Below are positions 47,874-59,510 of a stretch of DNA of 64,000 nucleotides, piece after piece (position 1 is the stretch's first letter; each line of letters begins with the position of its first letter). The notes under the pieces are model-generated. The model was not told where the DNA came from and made no database searches. It saw only the letters and a list, made by a program, of their open reading frames with translations. A program made the translations under genes and the position numbers. Origin of the DNA: an uncultured Planctomycetota bacterium (GTDB lineage Bacteria > Planctomycetota > Phycisphaerae > Tepidisphaerales > Tepidisphaeraceae). Where the stretch lies: positions 1,248,001-1,312,000 of the forward strand of contig CAWJEN010000006.1 of the NCBI GenBank assembly GCA_963841915.1, read 5' to 3'.

Positions 47874-49439
47874 TCATTCCCACTCAATTGTTGCTGGTGG
47901 CTTGCTGCTGATGTCGTAGACGACCCGGCCGACGCCGCGGACTTCGTTGATGATCCGCGTGCTCATGCGGCCAAGCACCTCGTATGGCAGCCGCGCCCAG
48001 TCGGCGGTCATGAAGTCACGCGACTCCACCGCGCGGACGGCGATCACGTGGTCGTAGCTGCGGCCGTCGCCCATCACCCCGACGGTGCCGACCGGCAACA
48101 GCACCGCAAAGACCTGGGCCGTTTTCCGGTACAAGTCGGCTGAAACAAGTTCGTCGAGCACGATCTCGTCGGCCTCGCGGAGGATCGATAGACGCTCCTC
48201 GGTGACGTCGCCGATGACGCGGACGGCCAGGCCAGGCCCCGGGAACGGGTGCCGCCAGACCAGGCGTTCGGGCAGCCCCAGCACCTCACCGGCGGCGCGA
48301 ACCTCGTCCTTGAAGAGCTCGCGCAGCGGCTCGACGAGGTCGAACCCCAGCTCCGCCGGCAGGCCGCCAACGTTGTGGTGGAGCTTGATGTTGGCCGCGT
48401 GCCCGCTGTGGCCGTGACCGCTTTCGATCACGTCTGGGTAGAGCGTGCCCTGGGCGAGGAATCTGGCGTTGTCGATGGTGGCCGACTCGCGTTTGAAGGC
48501 TTCGATGAACTCACGGCCGATGATCTTGCGCTTCTCCTGAGGATCGCTGACACCCTTCAGCTCCGTCAGAAACCGCTCGCCTGCATCGACGGTGCGTAGA
48601 TCGATTTTGAAGTGCTCGCCGAACGTTCGCTCGACAAGGTTGCGTTCGCCCTTACGCAAGAGGCCGTTGTCGACAAAGATGCACTTGAGCTGACTGCCGA
48701 TCGCTTTGTGGAGCAAAGCCGCGGTCACGCTCGAGTCGACACCGCCGCTGAGGCCGCAGATGACATTGGCATCGCCAACCTGCTCGCGCACTTTCGCGAC
48801 GGTCTGGTCGACAAAGTCACCCATCCGCCACGTACCCGAGCATTTGCAGATGCCGTCGAGGAAGTTGGCGAAAATCGTCTCGCCCTTGGGCGTGTGCGTC
48901 ACTTCCGGGTGAAACTGCAGGCCCCAGAACCGAGCTGATTGATGTCGCGTCGCCGCGAACGGGCACGTCGGCGTCTTGGCGAGTGGCACGAACTCTTCCG
49001 GCAGACTCATGATCTGGTCGCCGTGACTCATCCACACGTGCGTCTCGCTCGGCAGACCGCTCAGCAAGCCGCCGTCATCAACGACGCTCAGCTTCGTCCT
49101 GCCGTACTCGCGTGCCTCTGCCGACTTAACGTCGGCCCCGAGCAGATTGCACGCGACTTGCATGCCGTAGCAGATTCCCAGCACAGGAACGTCATTGGCC
49201 ATCGCCCAGTCGAGTAGTTCGGCATGCGGCCTGGGAGCGCCTTCGACATAAACACTTGAAGGCCCGCCGCTGAGGATCAGGCCCTTGATCGTTCCGAGCT
49301 TCTCGATCTCTTCCGGCGACGCGTCGGGCCGGAGCAGCTCGCTGTAGACGCCCGCCTCGCGGACCCGCCTGCACAGGAGCTGAGCATACTGGCTGCCGAA
49401 GTCGAGCACGGGCACGACTTCCTGATGAACGTCCTTCAT
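47874..49439 (-). CDS. guaA: GMP synthase (glutamine-hydrolysing)
   Basis: [42 protein letters not shown]. Confidence 0.97.
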   Translation of the reverse strand: MKDVHQEVVPVLDFGSQYAQLLCRRVREAGVYSELLRPDASPEEIEKLGTIKGLILSGGPSSVYVEGAPRPHAELLDWAMANDVPVLGICYGMQVACNLLGADVKSAEAREYGRTKLSVVDDGGLLSGLPSETHVWMSHGDQIMSLPEEFVPLAKTPTCPFAATRHQSARFWGLQFHPEVTHTPKGETIFANFLDGICKCSGTWRMGDFVDQTVAKVREQVGDANVICGLSGGVDSSVTAALLHKAIGSQLKCIFVDNGLLRKGERNLVERTFGEHFKIDLRTVDAGERFLTELKGVSDPQEKRKIIGREFIEAFKRESATIDNARFLAQGTLYPDVIESGHGHSGHAANIKLHHNVGGLPAELGFDLVEPLRELFKDEVRAAGEVLGLPERLVWRHPFPGPGLAVRVIGDVTEERLSILREADEIVLDELVSADLYRKTAQVFAVLLPVGTVGVMGDGRSYDHVIAVRAVESRDFMTADWARLPYEVLGRMSTRIINEVRGVGRVVYDISSKPPATIEWE

Positions 49440-49461
49440 CCGGCCAATGTAGGGTCTTCGG

Positions 49462-49920
49462 ATGAATGATCCATTTCTACAGGCCGCTATCGACGAAGCC
49501 AAGGCCGGATTGGCCGAGGGCGGGCTGCCGATCGGCAGCGTGCTTGTCCGTAATAACGCCATCATCGGCCGCGGGCACAACCGACGTGTCCAAGGCGGCG
49601 GGCCGATGATCCACGCCGAGATCGACTGCCTCAACCAGGCCGGTCGCCAGACGACGTACAAGGACACGATCCTCTACTCGACGCTCATGCCCTGTTTCCT
49701 CTGCAGCGGCGCTGCCGTGCAATTCGGCATACGAAAGGTCGTTGTCGGGGAAAGCGTCACCTTCCCAGGCGGCGAAGGCCAAGGTGGCACGTCGCCCGCG
49801 TTCCTCCAGAGCCACGGCATCGAGGTGGTTGATCTCGGCGACGAGACCTGCATCCAGATGATGCGCGAATTTATAGCCGGTAATCCCGAGCTTTGGAACG
49901 AAGACATCGGCGTCGACTAA
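49462..49920 (+). CDS. nucleoside/cytosine deaminase (zinc-dependent)
   Basis: HAEIDC, PCFLC, WNEDIG. Confidence 0.9.
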   Translation: MNDPFLQAAIDEAKAGLAEGGLPIGSVLVRNNAIIGRGHNRRVQGGGPMIHAEIDCLNQAGRQTTYKDTILYSTLMPCFLCSGAAVQFGIRKVVVGESVTFPGGEGQGGTSPAFLQSHGIEVVDLGDETCIQMMREFIAGNPELWNEDIGVD

Positions 49921-49930
49921 ACGAGCAAAG

Positions 49931-52477
49931 TCAGTCAGCTTGTCCCAATGCAGCCGCGACGGCCGCTGCGTGATCCGTCTTGAGGTGCACATCCCGCTGC
50001 GGGAACGGAATCTCCACACCCGCCGCGTTGAGGCGGTCGTAGATCGCCAAGTGCAGTGCGTGCATCGTCGGCAGACGGTCAGCAAGGGTGGCCACAAACG
50101 CCCTTATTTCGAAATTGAGGGAGCTGTCACCCAAGCCGATGAACAGTACGCTCGATGCAGGCTCGTTCAGCACGGCCGGGACGCTGCGCACGGCCTCGAC
50201 CATAATCTTCTGCGTACTCACGATGTCGCTGCCGTACGCGACGCCGACGGGAATGAGCAGACGCGTCACCGGATTGCTCAACGTCCAGTTGACGACGCGG
50301 TCGGTGATGAAGCTCTTGTTCGGGACGAGCACTTCTTTGTTGTCGAAGTCGGTGATGGTCGTCGCGCGGATCTGCAGGCGACTGACGGTGCCGCTGACAT
50401 CGCCGACGGTGACGACATCGCCCACCCGCACCGGCCGCTCGAACAGGATGATCAGGCCGCTGACGAAGTTAGCCACGATCTCCTGAAGACCAAAGCCGAG
50501 GCCAACGCCCAGTGCTGCCACGATCCATTGCGCCCTGCCCCACTCGATGCCGATGAGGTTCGACACGATCAGGATGCCGATCGCGATGACGAGGTAGCGG
50601 ACGAGCGTGGTTGCCGCGTAGCGGGTGCCGGCGTCGAGCGGGAACCGTTGCAGCACCGCCAACTCCAGCACCGCCGGCAGGTTCTTGGCAGCAATGAAGG
50701 CAAGCGTGGCGGCGAACGCGCCCAGCAGTAGTGACCAGAGTGTAACCGCAGAGACAATGACAACCCCGTCCGAATCGACCGTCGCCGGTGCCAGCACCAC
50801 CCGTTGCAGGATGGCGAGTGCCGGCAGAACGTCTTGCCAGACGCCCCACAAGGCGCCCAGAATCAAGGCACCAACGGCCGTCCGCACGAGCTTGAGCGTC
50901 TGCAGGCTGGCTGCATCAACATCGACGTCTCCCATATCCAGCTCAGGCGTCGCCTCACCCGACGCCGCCTTGGCGTCGGCTTCTTCCCTGCGATCGCGGG
51001 CGTCTCGCTGATCGGCCAGCCTCTGCCGTGCCTGGCTCAAGACGATTCGACGTCGAGCTACGAGCAGCCACCGCGCTAGCAGGCTGTAGACGACGATCCC
51101 GCTGAGCACGACGACGCCCGTCGTAAAGAAGCGACTGAGCACTTCGGTTGCGGTGAAAAAGTATCCGACAGCCGCGGCCACCGTGAGCGAGGCCGGAAGG
51201 AAGACAAGACCAAAGTACCAGAACCTGCGAAGCCGCCACGCCCATCCGTCACGGTCCATCAACTCGCCGAAGACACCGTTGGCCGGTCGAAATACGCGGG
51301 CGACGAACAGCGTGAGCGCGATCGAGGCCACCATAAACGCAAGCCGTCCAAGCCCTTGCCGCAGGTGCTCGTCATTTCCGGCGTCGCACATGGCGGCAAT
51401 GAACGCTGCTGGCACGACGATCGGTGTCAGCCACGCCAGATTTCGTGACAACGTTCTGCGGGTTCGCTCGTTCCAGCGGAAGTGCTTGTGCGCAAGCCCG
51501 CCGCCTCGGCAGACGCCGCGGGCGAGATTCAGCAGCAGATACGTCGCCCCCGCCGCCAGACAGCCACGACCGACAGCCTTGGCGAACAGATCGCTGTTCT
51601 GCGTCGCTAGCAGACCGGCCATGCCGAACAGGATCAAGGGCATCGGTGCCGCCAGCAGCACCGTCTGCACAAGCGCCCTGGCCGTCAGCAAGAACGAGTC
51701 GCTGGCAAAGCGACTCGTCTCCCCGCCGAGCTCGACCAGCTTCCGCCGAAGCGGTAACCGCAGCAAGAGGAGCGTCCCAACCGCCATGACCACGAGGCCC
51801 GCTCGCACCGGCACACCCGCCAACCGGTCGAGCGTCGTTCGGCCGACCCACCACCAGCCCAGGGGCGATAGCAACCACTGCCCGCCCTGGGCAACCCGGC
51901 CGACCCATTCCCGGCCGATCGGCGGCGCGCTGCCGATCCACAGCAGGCGGCCGTCGAGCAGTTCGACCAATGTCGCAGACGCCAGTGCCAGATCACGCTC
52001 TGCCACGAGTGCGTCCTCGACCGCCTTCTGCAGCGTGACCTGCGTCTGCAAGTCGACGAGCAGCCGAGCCTGCTCCGCCGTGTCGTCGCTCAGACGCCGC
52101 TGCTCGAGGAGTCGGACGCGTAATAGCTTGACCTCTACGAGCTGACGCTCTCGCAAAGCGACACGTCGCTGCGTCTCCGACGGCTCCGGGGCACGCCGCC
52201 TCGCCTCACGCAGCATCTCACCGACTTCTGCACTGGCGTAGTCAAGATCCAGCACCTGCCGAACTGCGGACAGACTGGCTCTGACTTGCTCGACCCGTTC
52301 TTCTGCCAGTCGCTGCGCCTCTTGTGCTTCCCGCGTCTTTTGCTCTGCCTCAGGTGTCGGCGCAACGACATCAACAGCCGGTGCTACATCAGCCTGGGCA
52401 AGCGAAGGCGAAGCAGCGATGCAACACGCCAGCACCGTTGTGAGCCACCCGATGATGCTGAGCCGTATATGTCGCAA
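49931..52477 (-). CDS. MscS-family mechanosensitive channel (MscK/MscM-like)
   Basis: Many TM helices; GVGLGFGLQEIVANFVSG, ERPVRVGD, VPNKSF, IPFPQRDVH. Confidence 0.9.
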   Translation of the reverse strand: MRHIRLSIIGWLTTVLACCIAASPSLAQADVAPAVDVVAPTPEAEQKTREAQEAQRLAEERVEQVRASLSAVRQVLDLDYASAEVGEMLREARRRAPEPSETQRRVALRERQLVEVKLLRVRLLEQRRLSDDTAEQARLLVDLQTQVTLQKAVEDALVAERDLALASATLVELLDGRLLWIGSAPPIGREWVGRVAQGGQWLLSPLGWWWVGRTTLDRLAGVPVRAGLVVMAVGTLLLLRLPLRRKLVELGGETSRFASDSFLLTARALVQTVLLAAPMPLILFGMAGLLATQNSDLFAKAVGRGCLAAGATYLLLNLARGVCRGGGLAHKHFRWNERTRRTLSRNLAWLTPIVVPAAFIAAMCDAGNDEHLRQGLGRLAFMVASIALTLFVARVFRPANGVFGELMDRDGWAWRLRRFWYFGLVFLPASLTVAAAVGYFFTATEVLSRFFTTGVVVLSGIVVYSLLARWLLVARRRIVLSQARQRLADQRDARDRREEADAKAASGEATPELDMGDVDVDAASLQTLKLVRTAVGALILGALWGVWQDVLPALAILQRVVLAPATVDSDGVVIVSAVTLWSLLLGAFAATLAFIAAKNLPAVLELAVLQRFPLDAGTRYAATTLVRYLVIAIGILIVSNLIGIEWGRAQWIVAALGVGLGFGLQEIVANFVSGLIILFERPVRVGDVVTVGDVSGTVSRLQIRATTITDFDNKEVLVPNKSFITDRVVNWTLSNPVTRLLIPVGVAYGSDIVSTQKIMVEAVRSVPAVLNEPASSVLFIGLGDSSLNFEIRAFVATLADRLPTMHALHLAIYDRLNAAGVEIPFPQRDVHLKTDHAAAVAAALGQAD

Positions 52478-52531
52478 CGTGGAGACAACCTAGGGACGAC
52501 CGCCGACTCGTGCCGTAGCATCCACCCGCAC

Positions 52532-52605
<74 letters not shown>

Positions 52606-52619
52606 TCAGGCAGTGCTTT

Positions 52620-54854
52620 TCAGTCGAAGCGGTCGAGGTTCATGACCTTGTTCCAGGCCTTGACGAAGTCGTTCACGAACTTCTCGCCCGCGTCGTCGCT
52701 GGCGTAGACCTCGCTCAGTGCACGCAGCTGCGAATCGTGGCCGAAGATCAGGTCGACGCCGCTGCCCATCCACGCCATGACGCCCGTCGAGCGGTCGACG
52801 CCTTCGAAGAAGTGTTCACACTTGTCGCTTTTGGCCCACTCGTACTTCATGTCGAGCAGGTTGACGAAGAAGTCGTTTGTCAGCGTGCCGGGCCTGTCGG
52901 TAAATTGGCCCAGCCGCTTGTCGCCCAGCACACGCAGACCGCCGATGAGGACGGTCATCTCCGGCGCGGTCAGGTTCAGGAGGTGCGCCCGATCGATCAG
53001 CAGTTCATGGTCCTTCTTGCTGTGATCTGGTGAGATGTAGTTGCGGAACGCGTCGGCTGTAACTTCGAGGTGGCCGAAGGACTCGACGTCCGTTTGGTCC
53101 TGCGTCGCGTCCGTCCGCCCGGGGCGGAACGGCACCGTGATGTCGTGCCCCGCCGCCTTGGCCGCCGATTCGATGGCGGCACAACCGCCAAGCACGACGA
53201 CGTCGGCGAATGAGACGGTCCACCCGGTGGCCGTCTTGAAGTCACCGGCAATCTTCTCGAGCACCGGCAGGACCTTCTCAAGTTCCTCGGGCTGGTTGAT
53301 CGTCCATGAGCGTTGCGGCTCGAGACGAATGCGTCCGCCGTTGGCACCGCCGCGCTTGTCGGTCCCGCGGAAACACGACGCCGCCGCCCATGCGGTCGAG
53401 ACGAGCTGCGACACGCTCAGGCCGCTCTCCATGATCTTGGTCTTGAGCAGAGCGACATCGTGCTCGGTGACGAGTTCACCCTCGACCGCCGGCACCGGGT
53501 CCTGCCACAACTGCGGCTCGGCCACCTCGCTGCCGAGCAACCGCTCGTGCGGCCCCATGTCACGGTGCGTCAGCTTGTACCAGGCCCGCGCGAACGCGTC
53601 GGCGAATTCGTCAGGATTCTCCTGGAAATGCTTGGCTATCGGCAGGTAGGCCGGGTCTTCCTTCAGCGAAAGATCCGTCGTGAACATCATCGGCAAGTGC
53701 TTCTTACTCGCGTCGTGCGCGTCGGGCACGAGGTCCGCCTCGTCGACGTCGCCTTCCGGAATCCACTGCACCGCGCCGCCGGGGCTCTTGACCTGCTTCC
53801 ATTCGTACTTGAAGAGCTTGTCGAGGTAATCGTTGTCCCACTTGGCCGGCTCGCTCGTCCATGCGCCTTCGAGCTCGCTCGTTATCGCGTCGGCACCTTT
53901 GCCACTACCAAACGAGTTCCGCCAGCCGAAGCCCTGCTGTTCGATAGGTGATCCCTCGGGCTCTGGTCCGACGTAGTCCGCCGCGACTGCTGCACCGTGG
54001 GCCTTGCCGAACGTGTGCCCGCCAGCGACAAGGGCGACGGTCTCGTAGTCGTTCATCGCCATACGGCCGAATGTTTCGCGGATGTCGTGGGCGCTGCCCT
54101 TGGGGTCGTGCTCGCCGTTGCTGCCCTGCGGATTGACATAGATCAGCCCCATCTGCACCGCACCCAAAGGCGTCTCGAGCATGCGATTCTCTGCGTCCCC
54201 ATACCGCTCGTCGGCGAGCCACTTCTGCTCCGGACCCCAGTAGATGCCGTCATCAGGCTCCCACTTGTCCCGCCGCCCTCCTCCGAAGCCGAAGGTCGGC
54301 AGTCCCATCGACTCGATCGCGACGTTTCCCGTCAAAATCATGAGGTCGCCCCACGACAACGCTCGCCCGTACTTCTGCTTCACCGGCCAGATCAGCCGAC
54401 GGGCTTTGTCCAGATTCGCATTGTCCGGCCACGAGTTGAGCGGCGCGAAGCGAAGCATGCCCGAGCCACTGCCGCCGCGTCCGTCGGTCTGCCGATACGT
54501 TCCCGCCGCGTGCCACGCCATACGGACCATGAACGGCCCGTAGTGCCCGAAATCGGCCGGCCACCAGTCGACGCTCGTCGTCAGGACCTTCTCGATGTCC
54601 GCTTTCACCGCCGTCAGATCGAGCGACTTGAACGCCGCCTCATAATCGAAGTCTGCGCCCATCGGGTCCGCCTTCTCCGAGTGCTGATGGAGAATGCCGA
54701 CGTTGAGCTGATCCGGCCACCAGTCCTTGTTGCGGTGCCCATTCTTGCCCATCGCCAGTCCAGGAATGCCCATGACCGGGCAGGCACCGTTGGAGGAGCG
54801 GGCAGCCGACATATCAGCCGAGGGTCGCGATTGCGTTACATCTGTGGTCGCCAT
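52620..54854 (-). CDS. katG: catalase-peroxidase
   Basis: [55 protein letters not shown]. Confidence 0.97.
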   Translation of the reverse strand: MATTDVTQSRPSADMSAARSSNGACPVMGIPGLAMGKNGHRNKDWWPDQLNVGILHQHSEKADPMGADFDYEAAFKSLDLTAVKADIEKVLTTSVDWWPADFGHYGPFMVRMAWHAAGTYRQTDGRGGSGSGMLRFAPLNSWPDNANLDKARRLIWPVKQKYGRALSWGDLMILTGNVAIESMGLPTFGFGGGRRDKWEPDDGIYWGPEQKWLADERYGDAENRMLETPLGAVQMGLIYVNPQGSNGEHDPKGSAHDIRETFGRMAMNDYETVALVAGGHTFGKAHGAAVAADYVGPEPEGSPIEQQGFGWRNSFGSGKGADAITSELEGAWTSEPAKWDNDYLDKLFKYEWKQVKSPGGAVQWIPEGDVDEADLVPDAHDASKKHLPMMFTTDLSLKEDPAYLPIAKHFQENPDEFADAFARAWYKLTHRDMGPHERLLGSEVAEPQLWQDPVPAVEGELVTEHDVALLKTKIMESGLSVSQLVSTAWAAASCFRGTDKRGGANGGRIRLEPQRSWTINQPEELEKVLPVLEKIAGDFKTATGWTVSFADVVVLGGCAAIESAAKAAGHDITVPFRPGRTDATQDQTDVESFGHLEVTADAFRNYISPDHSKKDHELLIDRAHLLNLTAPEMTVLIGGLRVLGDKRLGQFTDRPGTLTNDFFVNLLDMKYEWAKSDKCEHFFEGVDRSTGVMAWMGSGVDLIFGHDSQLRALSEVYASDDAGEKFVNDFVKAWNKVMNLDRFD

Positions 54855-54897
54855 AGGACCCGAAGCATATTCCCCCCGTATAGACGCCTGCCGAATC

Positions 54898-56089
54898 TTA
54901 CGCCGCCAGCTGCTCCTGACCCTCGATCACCGGCATCGGCAACACAGGCGCATCCGTTGCAACAGCAAGCTCCCGCCGACCCACGTCGTACTTCGCCGCC
55001 GTCGGCAGCAACAACCCTGCGTCGTTGACGTGACGCAGCCAACGGTCCCGCAAATCCCGCGCCGCATTCGCCAATCGCGGGTCGTGCTTGCGCTTCACCC
55101 GCTTGGCCTTCTTCCGCTTCCTCGGCAACGGTCGCGGCAGTTCCTTCACCAGCTTCGTCCCCGGCAACTTCATGAACAGGCCGCCCGGATACGTCCCCTG
55201 CTCCCGCCGCATCATGTCCGCCGTCATCAGACGCTTCTTCCCTTCGTACAGCCCGTCCTCACGCTCCTCGATGCCGTCGGTCCATTGCTTCTTGCCCACG
55301 AGCTCCTCATCCGGCACCGCCGGGTCGTTCGTCTCGATCGCATCCTTCTCGATCGCCGCATCCTGAGCCGTCGCCGGCAGCTCCGGCAACACCTGCGGCC
55401 GCGTCTCGCCCCAGTGCTGTCCTTCGGGAATCGGCAACACCACCCGATCCTCCCGCATCACGCCCGCCCCCGTGACCGACGGATACCACCAAGCCGTCTC
55501 GACATCCCCGCGATGCACCCGCTTCTGCCAGAAGATGTGCACGCGGGCCTCGCCCGTCTTCTTGTCCGCCGCCCCCGCCCGGTACGCCAAAGGCACGAAC
55601 CCCATCGCCTCCCAGTACCGGTTGGCCGCCAGATCCTGAGCACACCACGCACAGCACAGCCGCGTCCCCCAAGGCCACGCGTCGAACAATGTGCTGCAAC
55701 AACACCCCGCCCACGTTCCGCCTCCGAAACGCCGGCATGACCGCCATCTGATAGACGACGCCCACTTCCTCCCGCTTGAAGTAGGTATCACTGCCGATCA
55801 CATACCCCGCAAACTCGGCAGGGCGTGCATGCGTCGGGGTCGTCTCCGCCACGAACAACTCGCGGTTCTCCACCTTCCCCTCCAGCGCCTTCCACTGCAA
55901 AAACCCTAGCTCGTCGCCATGCGCCTTCTGCAACGCATCGACGGCTGATCCAGATCATTGAGATCCCCCGGCCGAACGCGCAGGTCGTCCCCCACAACAC
56001 ACCGGCACCACGAGCGGCCCATCCCGCCGAACCACAAGGCCGGTGTCCATCACTTCACGCCCGTCCTCATCGATGATGATCTCGTCCAT
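54898..56089 (-). pseudogene. GNAT-family N-acetyltransferase with basic C-terminal extension, broken by about 3 frameshifts (real or read error)
   Basis: Joined pieces MDEIII..., LQKAHGDELGF...YQMAVMPAFRRRNVG (motif A), then WCAQDLAANRYWEAMGF; shifts near 55990, 55945, 55690. Confidence 0.7.
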
Positions 56090-56304
56090 CGTTCGCCCTT
56101 GCTGATGTCGTGATCCGATCCCGCGCCCGACCACCCACGGCCGACCGTTCGCCCTCAAGATCGACCGATCCGCCGCCACAACACCACGAAGCCGGTCGTC
56201 CAACTCCCTTGTCGGCCGCAGCCCCGCCCTGATTACACGCGCAGCAACGCCAACTAGCCGCCCCACCACGCCGATCACGCCGTCAACGGAGCCAACCCGC
56301 CGCC

Positions 56305-56610
56305 CATTGGGGCTGTTCTTGCGAGTAATGAGGCTGTTCTCCGCGCATTGGGGCTGTTCTTGCGCATTGGGGCTGTTCTTGCGCAATGGGGCTGTTCTTG
56401 GGCGCAATGGGGCTGTTCTTGGGCGCAATGGGGCTGTTCTTGGCGCGATGGGGCTGTTCTTCGGCGCGATGAGGCTGTTCTTGGGCGCAATGGGGCTGTT
56501 CTTCGGCGCGATGAGGCTGTTCTTCGGCGCAATGGGGCTGATTCGCGGGGTGATACGGCTGATCGACCTGCGGCTGGGGCTGTTTGAGGTCAACTGCCGG
56601 CTGTTGCCCG
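56305..56610. repeat. tandem array of ~21-bp units (core GGGCTGTTCTT(G/C)GGCGC(A/G)AT)
   Basis: About 11 good copies (56305-56535) and about 4 degenerate copies; unit length 19-21 bp. Confidence 0.9.
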
Positions 56611-56807
56611 GCCAATCCATGCGCGTTGGGAACGCAGTCTGGCTGCGAGATGTTTGGAAGCATCTAGCGACCGCCTTTGTCATACAGATTTGCTTCGTCG
56701 CGTCGAGTACTGGCTTTGACTGACCCGTCATTGTCGGCCTGATTCTGCTATCGCCGAGCCACATGCGTTCGGTCGCGTCGACTCGATGCCCTTACCGTCA
56801 AGAGAAC

Positions 56808-57608
56808 ATGGCGACGCTCCACACGAAGAAGGCGGGCCAGTGGGTGAAGTCGACTGCCTGGAAGCAGCTCGAACGCGAGCTGATCGTCGGCCTCGTCGCA
56901 CTCATGCTCGTGATCTTCCTGTCCGGCTTCGCCGTCGGCTTCGGCCGTGGCTCTTCGCTCTGGGCGTGGATCCTGGCCATGGTGGGTGTACTGGTGGTCA
57001 CCCTGCTCATCGCATGGTTGATGAAGCGTGCCGAGCGCCGGTGGGAAGTGCCTCAACAGGAACGCATCCGCCGCCTCCGCGGGGCACACGCCGAAGCGCT
57101 CGTCGCGTACGTGCTCCAGACGCAACTCATCGCCGAACCCAAGGGCCTGAACGGCACCGGCGGCTGGCACATCTGGTGCAACGTCCCGCTGGGCGACCTC
57201 GGCGACGCCGACGTCGTCGTGATCGGGCCGGGCGGCTGTTTCGTCGTCAGCGTCAAGAGCCACCTCGGCCTGCTCACGGTCGGCGGCAACGCCCTGTCGC
57301 TGAACAACCGCCCCACGTCCGACCCATGGGCCGCCGACGCCGTCAAGCAGGCCCTCCGCCTCCGCGACCGCATCAACGCGGCGGACGGCCAAGCCCCACC
57401 CTTCGTCCGCGGCGTCCTGTGTGTTCCTCATGCCGCGCTGGAACCAAACGTCACGCCCCTCTGGTGCGGCAACACTCTGGTCTGCAATGAGCGGACGCTG
57501 ATCGAAACGCTCGAGAGTCACGGCAACCCAATCGACCGATCAATCGTCCTCCGCCTCAAGGCCGCCGTCGCCACACTGAGCAACACGCCCGAGGTCAACG
57601 GCAAGTAG
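56808..57608 (+). CDS. NERD (nuclease-related domain) protein with two N-terminal TM helices
   Basis: GAHAEALV, NVPL..GDADVVVIGPGGCFVVSVK; S in place of the E of the E-x-K motif. Confidence 0.75.
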   Translation: MATLHTKKAGQWVKSTAWKQLERELIVGLVALMLVIFLSGFAVGFGRGSSLWAWILAMVGVLVVTLLIAWLMKRAERRWEVPQQERIRRLRGAHAEALVAYVLQTQLIAEPKGLNGTGGWHIWCNVPLGDLGDADVVVIGPGGCFVVSVKSHLGLLTVGGNALSLNNRPTSDPWAADAVKQALRLRDRINAADGQAPPFVRGVLCVPHAALEPNVTPLWCGNTLVCNERTLIETLESHGNPIDRSIVLRLKAAVATLSNTPEVNGK

Positions 57609-57731
57609 AGCAGCCAGTCGACGTGACAAGCGGGAAACGAACGATGCCCCCGTTTCCGCGCCCAGTGGGACGCCCCTTCGCCGTATGAGACCTTGCATTG
57701 CCTGACGCAACAATGCATCATCCTGGCCGCT

Positions 57732-58340
57732 ATGGGGTCGGCCGTCGACGATGTATCGATCTCAGGCACGACGGCGACATCCGACGCGTTGACGAGTGCC
57801 TTGGCCGACGCACACGCCGACTCGGCCGCACGCGAACGCCTGTTCGACCTCGCGGCCGAACGGATGCGGACGATGGCACGAACACACCTGAATCGCTTTC
57901 CCCGCCTCCGCCGGTGGTCGCGGAGCGACGACGTGATGCAGGAGGGCATCGTCCGCCTGCTGGCGGCGTTGGAGCAGTCGTTTCCGCGGACGCCGGTTCA
58001 CTTTTATCGCCTGTTTGCCCTGCAGCTTCGGCGGCTTCTTGTTGATCTGCACCGAACCTCGTACGGGCCGGAGGGTCGACATCGGCATCACGATTCACCG
58101 AGTGACGACGCTCGCACGGTCGATGCGGTCTGCACGCGTGATCCAGCCGAAGGGCTCGACGTCGAGGCCCTCCACGAAGCTGTTGATCGACTACCGGACG
58201 AGCTTCGGCAACTCGTCGAGCTTCACTCTTACAGCGGCCTGACGGGAACGGAAACGGCCGCGTTGCTGGGCATCTCGGACCGCCACTTCTGGCGACAGTG
58301 GGGCGAAATCAAAGCCCGACTGGCCAACGACCTCTGCTGA
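57732..58340 (+). CDS. ECF sigma factor, planctomycete kinase-associated type
   Basis: Region 2 RFPRLRRWSRSDDVMQE..RL; region 4 VDRLPDELRQLVELHSYSGLT..ETAALLGIS. Confidence 0.85.
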   Translation: MGSAVDDVSISGTTATSDALTSALADAHADSAARERLFDLAAERMRTMARTHLNRFPRLRRWSRSDDVMQEGIVRLLAALEQSFPRTPVHFYRLFALQLRRLLVDLHRTSYGPEGRHRHHDSPSDDARTVDAVCTRDPAEGLDVEALHEAVDRLPDELRQLVELHSYSGLTGTETAALLGISDRHFWRQWGEIKARLANDLC

Positions 58341-58351
58341 GGAGAAATTTG

Positions 58352-59510
58352 ATGGTTCGTGTCAGTCCGACGGCTCGGCTGCCGCAGACGTGGGGGAATG
58401 GACGGTATTCCCGACGACATCCTCGACAGTTACGAGGCGTACGGCTGTCGCGTCAATGCGATCGAGGTCGACGAGCTCTTTGACCGCTACGCGACGGCCG
58501 GATTTCTGTACCCGGCGAAGCTCGCACGGTTGAAGCCGTTTCTGCCGATCATCAAGAAGAATTGGGAGACGGCACAACGCGCAGGAGAAGACCTCATGTG
58601 GACGAGCGTCTTCAGCGACGCGTCGTCCTGGGGGACCGTGACATCATGGAGAAGTAGCGGGCAAGGTTGGTTGTCTCAGCATCTCGTGTCGACGGGTGAG
58701 GTCGGCGGTTCGGCGGCGGTTCAACTCTCGGGGCAAGCCGTCAAAATCCGTCGCGCGGAAGGTGCGGCCGAGCAAAATTGGTTCCGCCCGACGAACCGAT
58801 TCCCGATGAAGGTCTTCGGCTCGATGGCCCAGAAGCTGGGCCCGGACGTCGCCAGTTGTGCCGTCCACACCCTCCTGTCGATCGACGCCGGGTCCATATT
58901 GAAGGACGAGTCAGGGAAAATCGTCGTCGAGGCGTCGGATGATGCCGATGCGGTGGCGGGCGTCGCCGAGAAGACGCGCGGCTCTGTCTTCGTGCAGGCC
59001 GAGGAGTTGAAACAAGACCTGCGGCTCGAAGCCGTCGACGCCCTCTACCAAAGTGTCGGCCTGAGCCGGACGCGAACCCCCATCCTGGCCCGCCGACGTA
59101 GTGACGGTCGACCCCTCGGTGTTGCCCTGGCGTACCGCGGGCCGCTCGGGCTCAACTTCTCGTTCTTGGAAAATCGGTGCGATGTGCTCGTCGCCCCGGA
59201 CCTGGACGACGCCGCCCGGCGGGCTGTTGCGTTGGCGTTGCTGCGGGAAGCCGCCGCCCGTCTACGCGTCTTTCGAGCCGGGGGCTTTCCCCGCCGTCAC
59301 GGACCCACGTACGGCCGCACTTCTCGCACAGGCGGGCGGAGTCGAGGTCGTCCGTGAGTATGCCCAGAGTATCTGGCTGCGTGACGGATTCATCGGTTGG
59401 TACCGACACGTCGAGGGTTTCTACGACCGCATCCGCAAAGCCGGTCGCGACGTGGACTGGCCGGCCGCAAGGCCGTCGAACCCGCCGATCTCGCGGCGAC
59501 TGCACCATGA
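58352..59510 (+). CDS. uncharacterised protein, possible GNAT-like fold (frameshifts near 58395 and 59262)
   Basis: SD GGAG before ATG 58352; long coding-like frame GFLYPAKL..QHLVS..WFRPTNRF..GLNFSFLEN continuing in the 59101 frame; 3' end uncertain. Confidence 0.55.

Noticed and set aside
56305..56610. CRISPR array
   Set aside because: Units are contiguous tandem repeats with no unique spacers, and no cas genes are present
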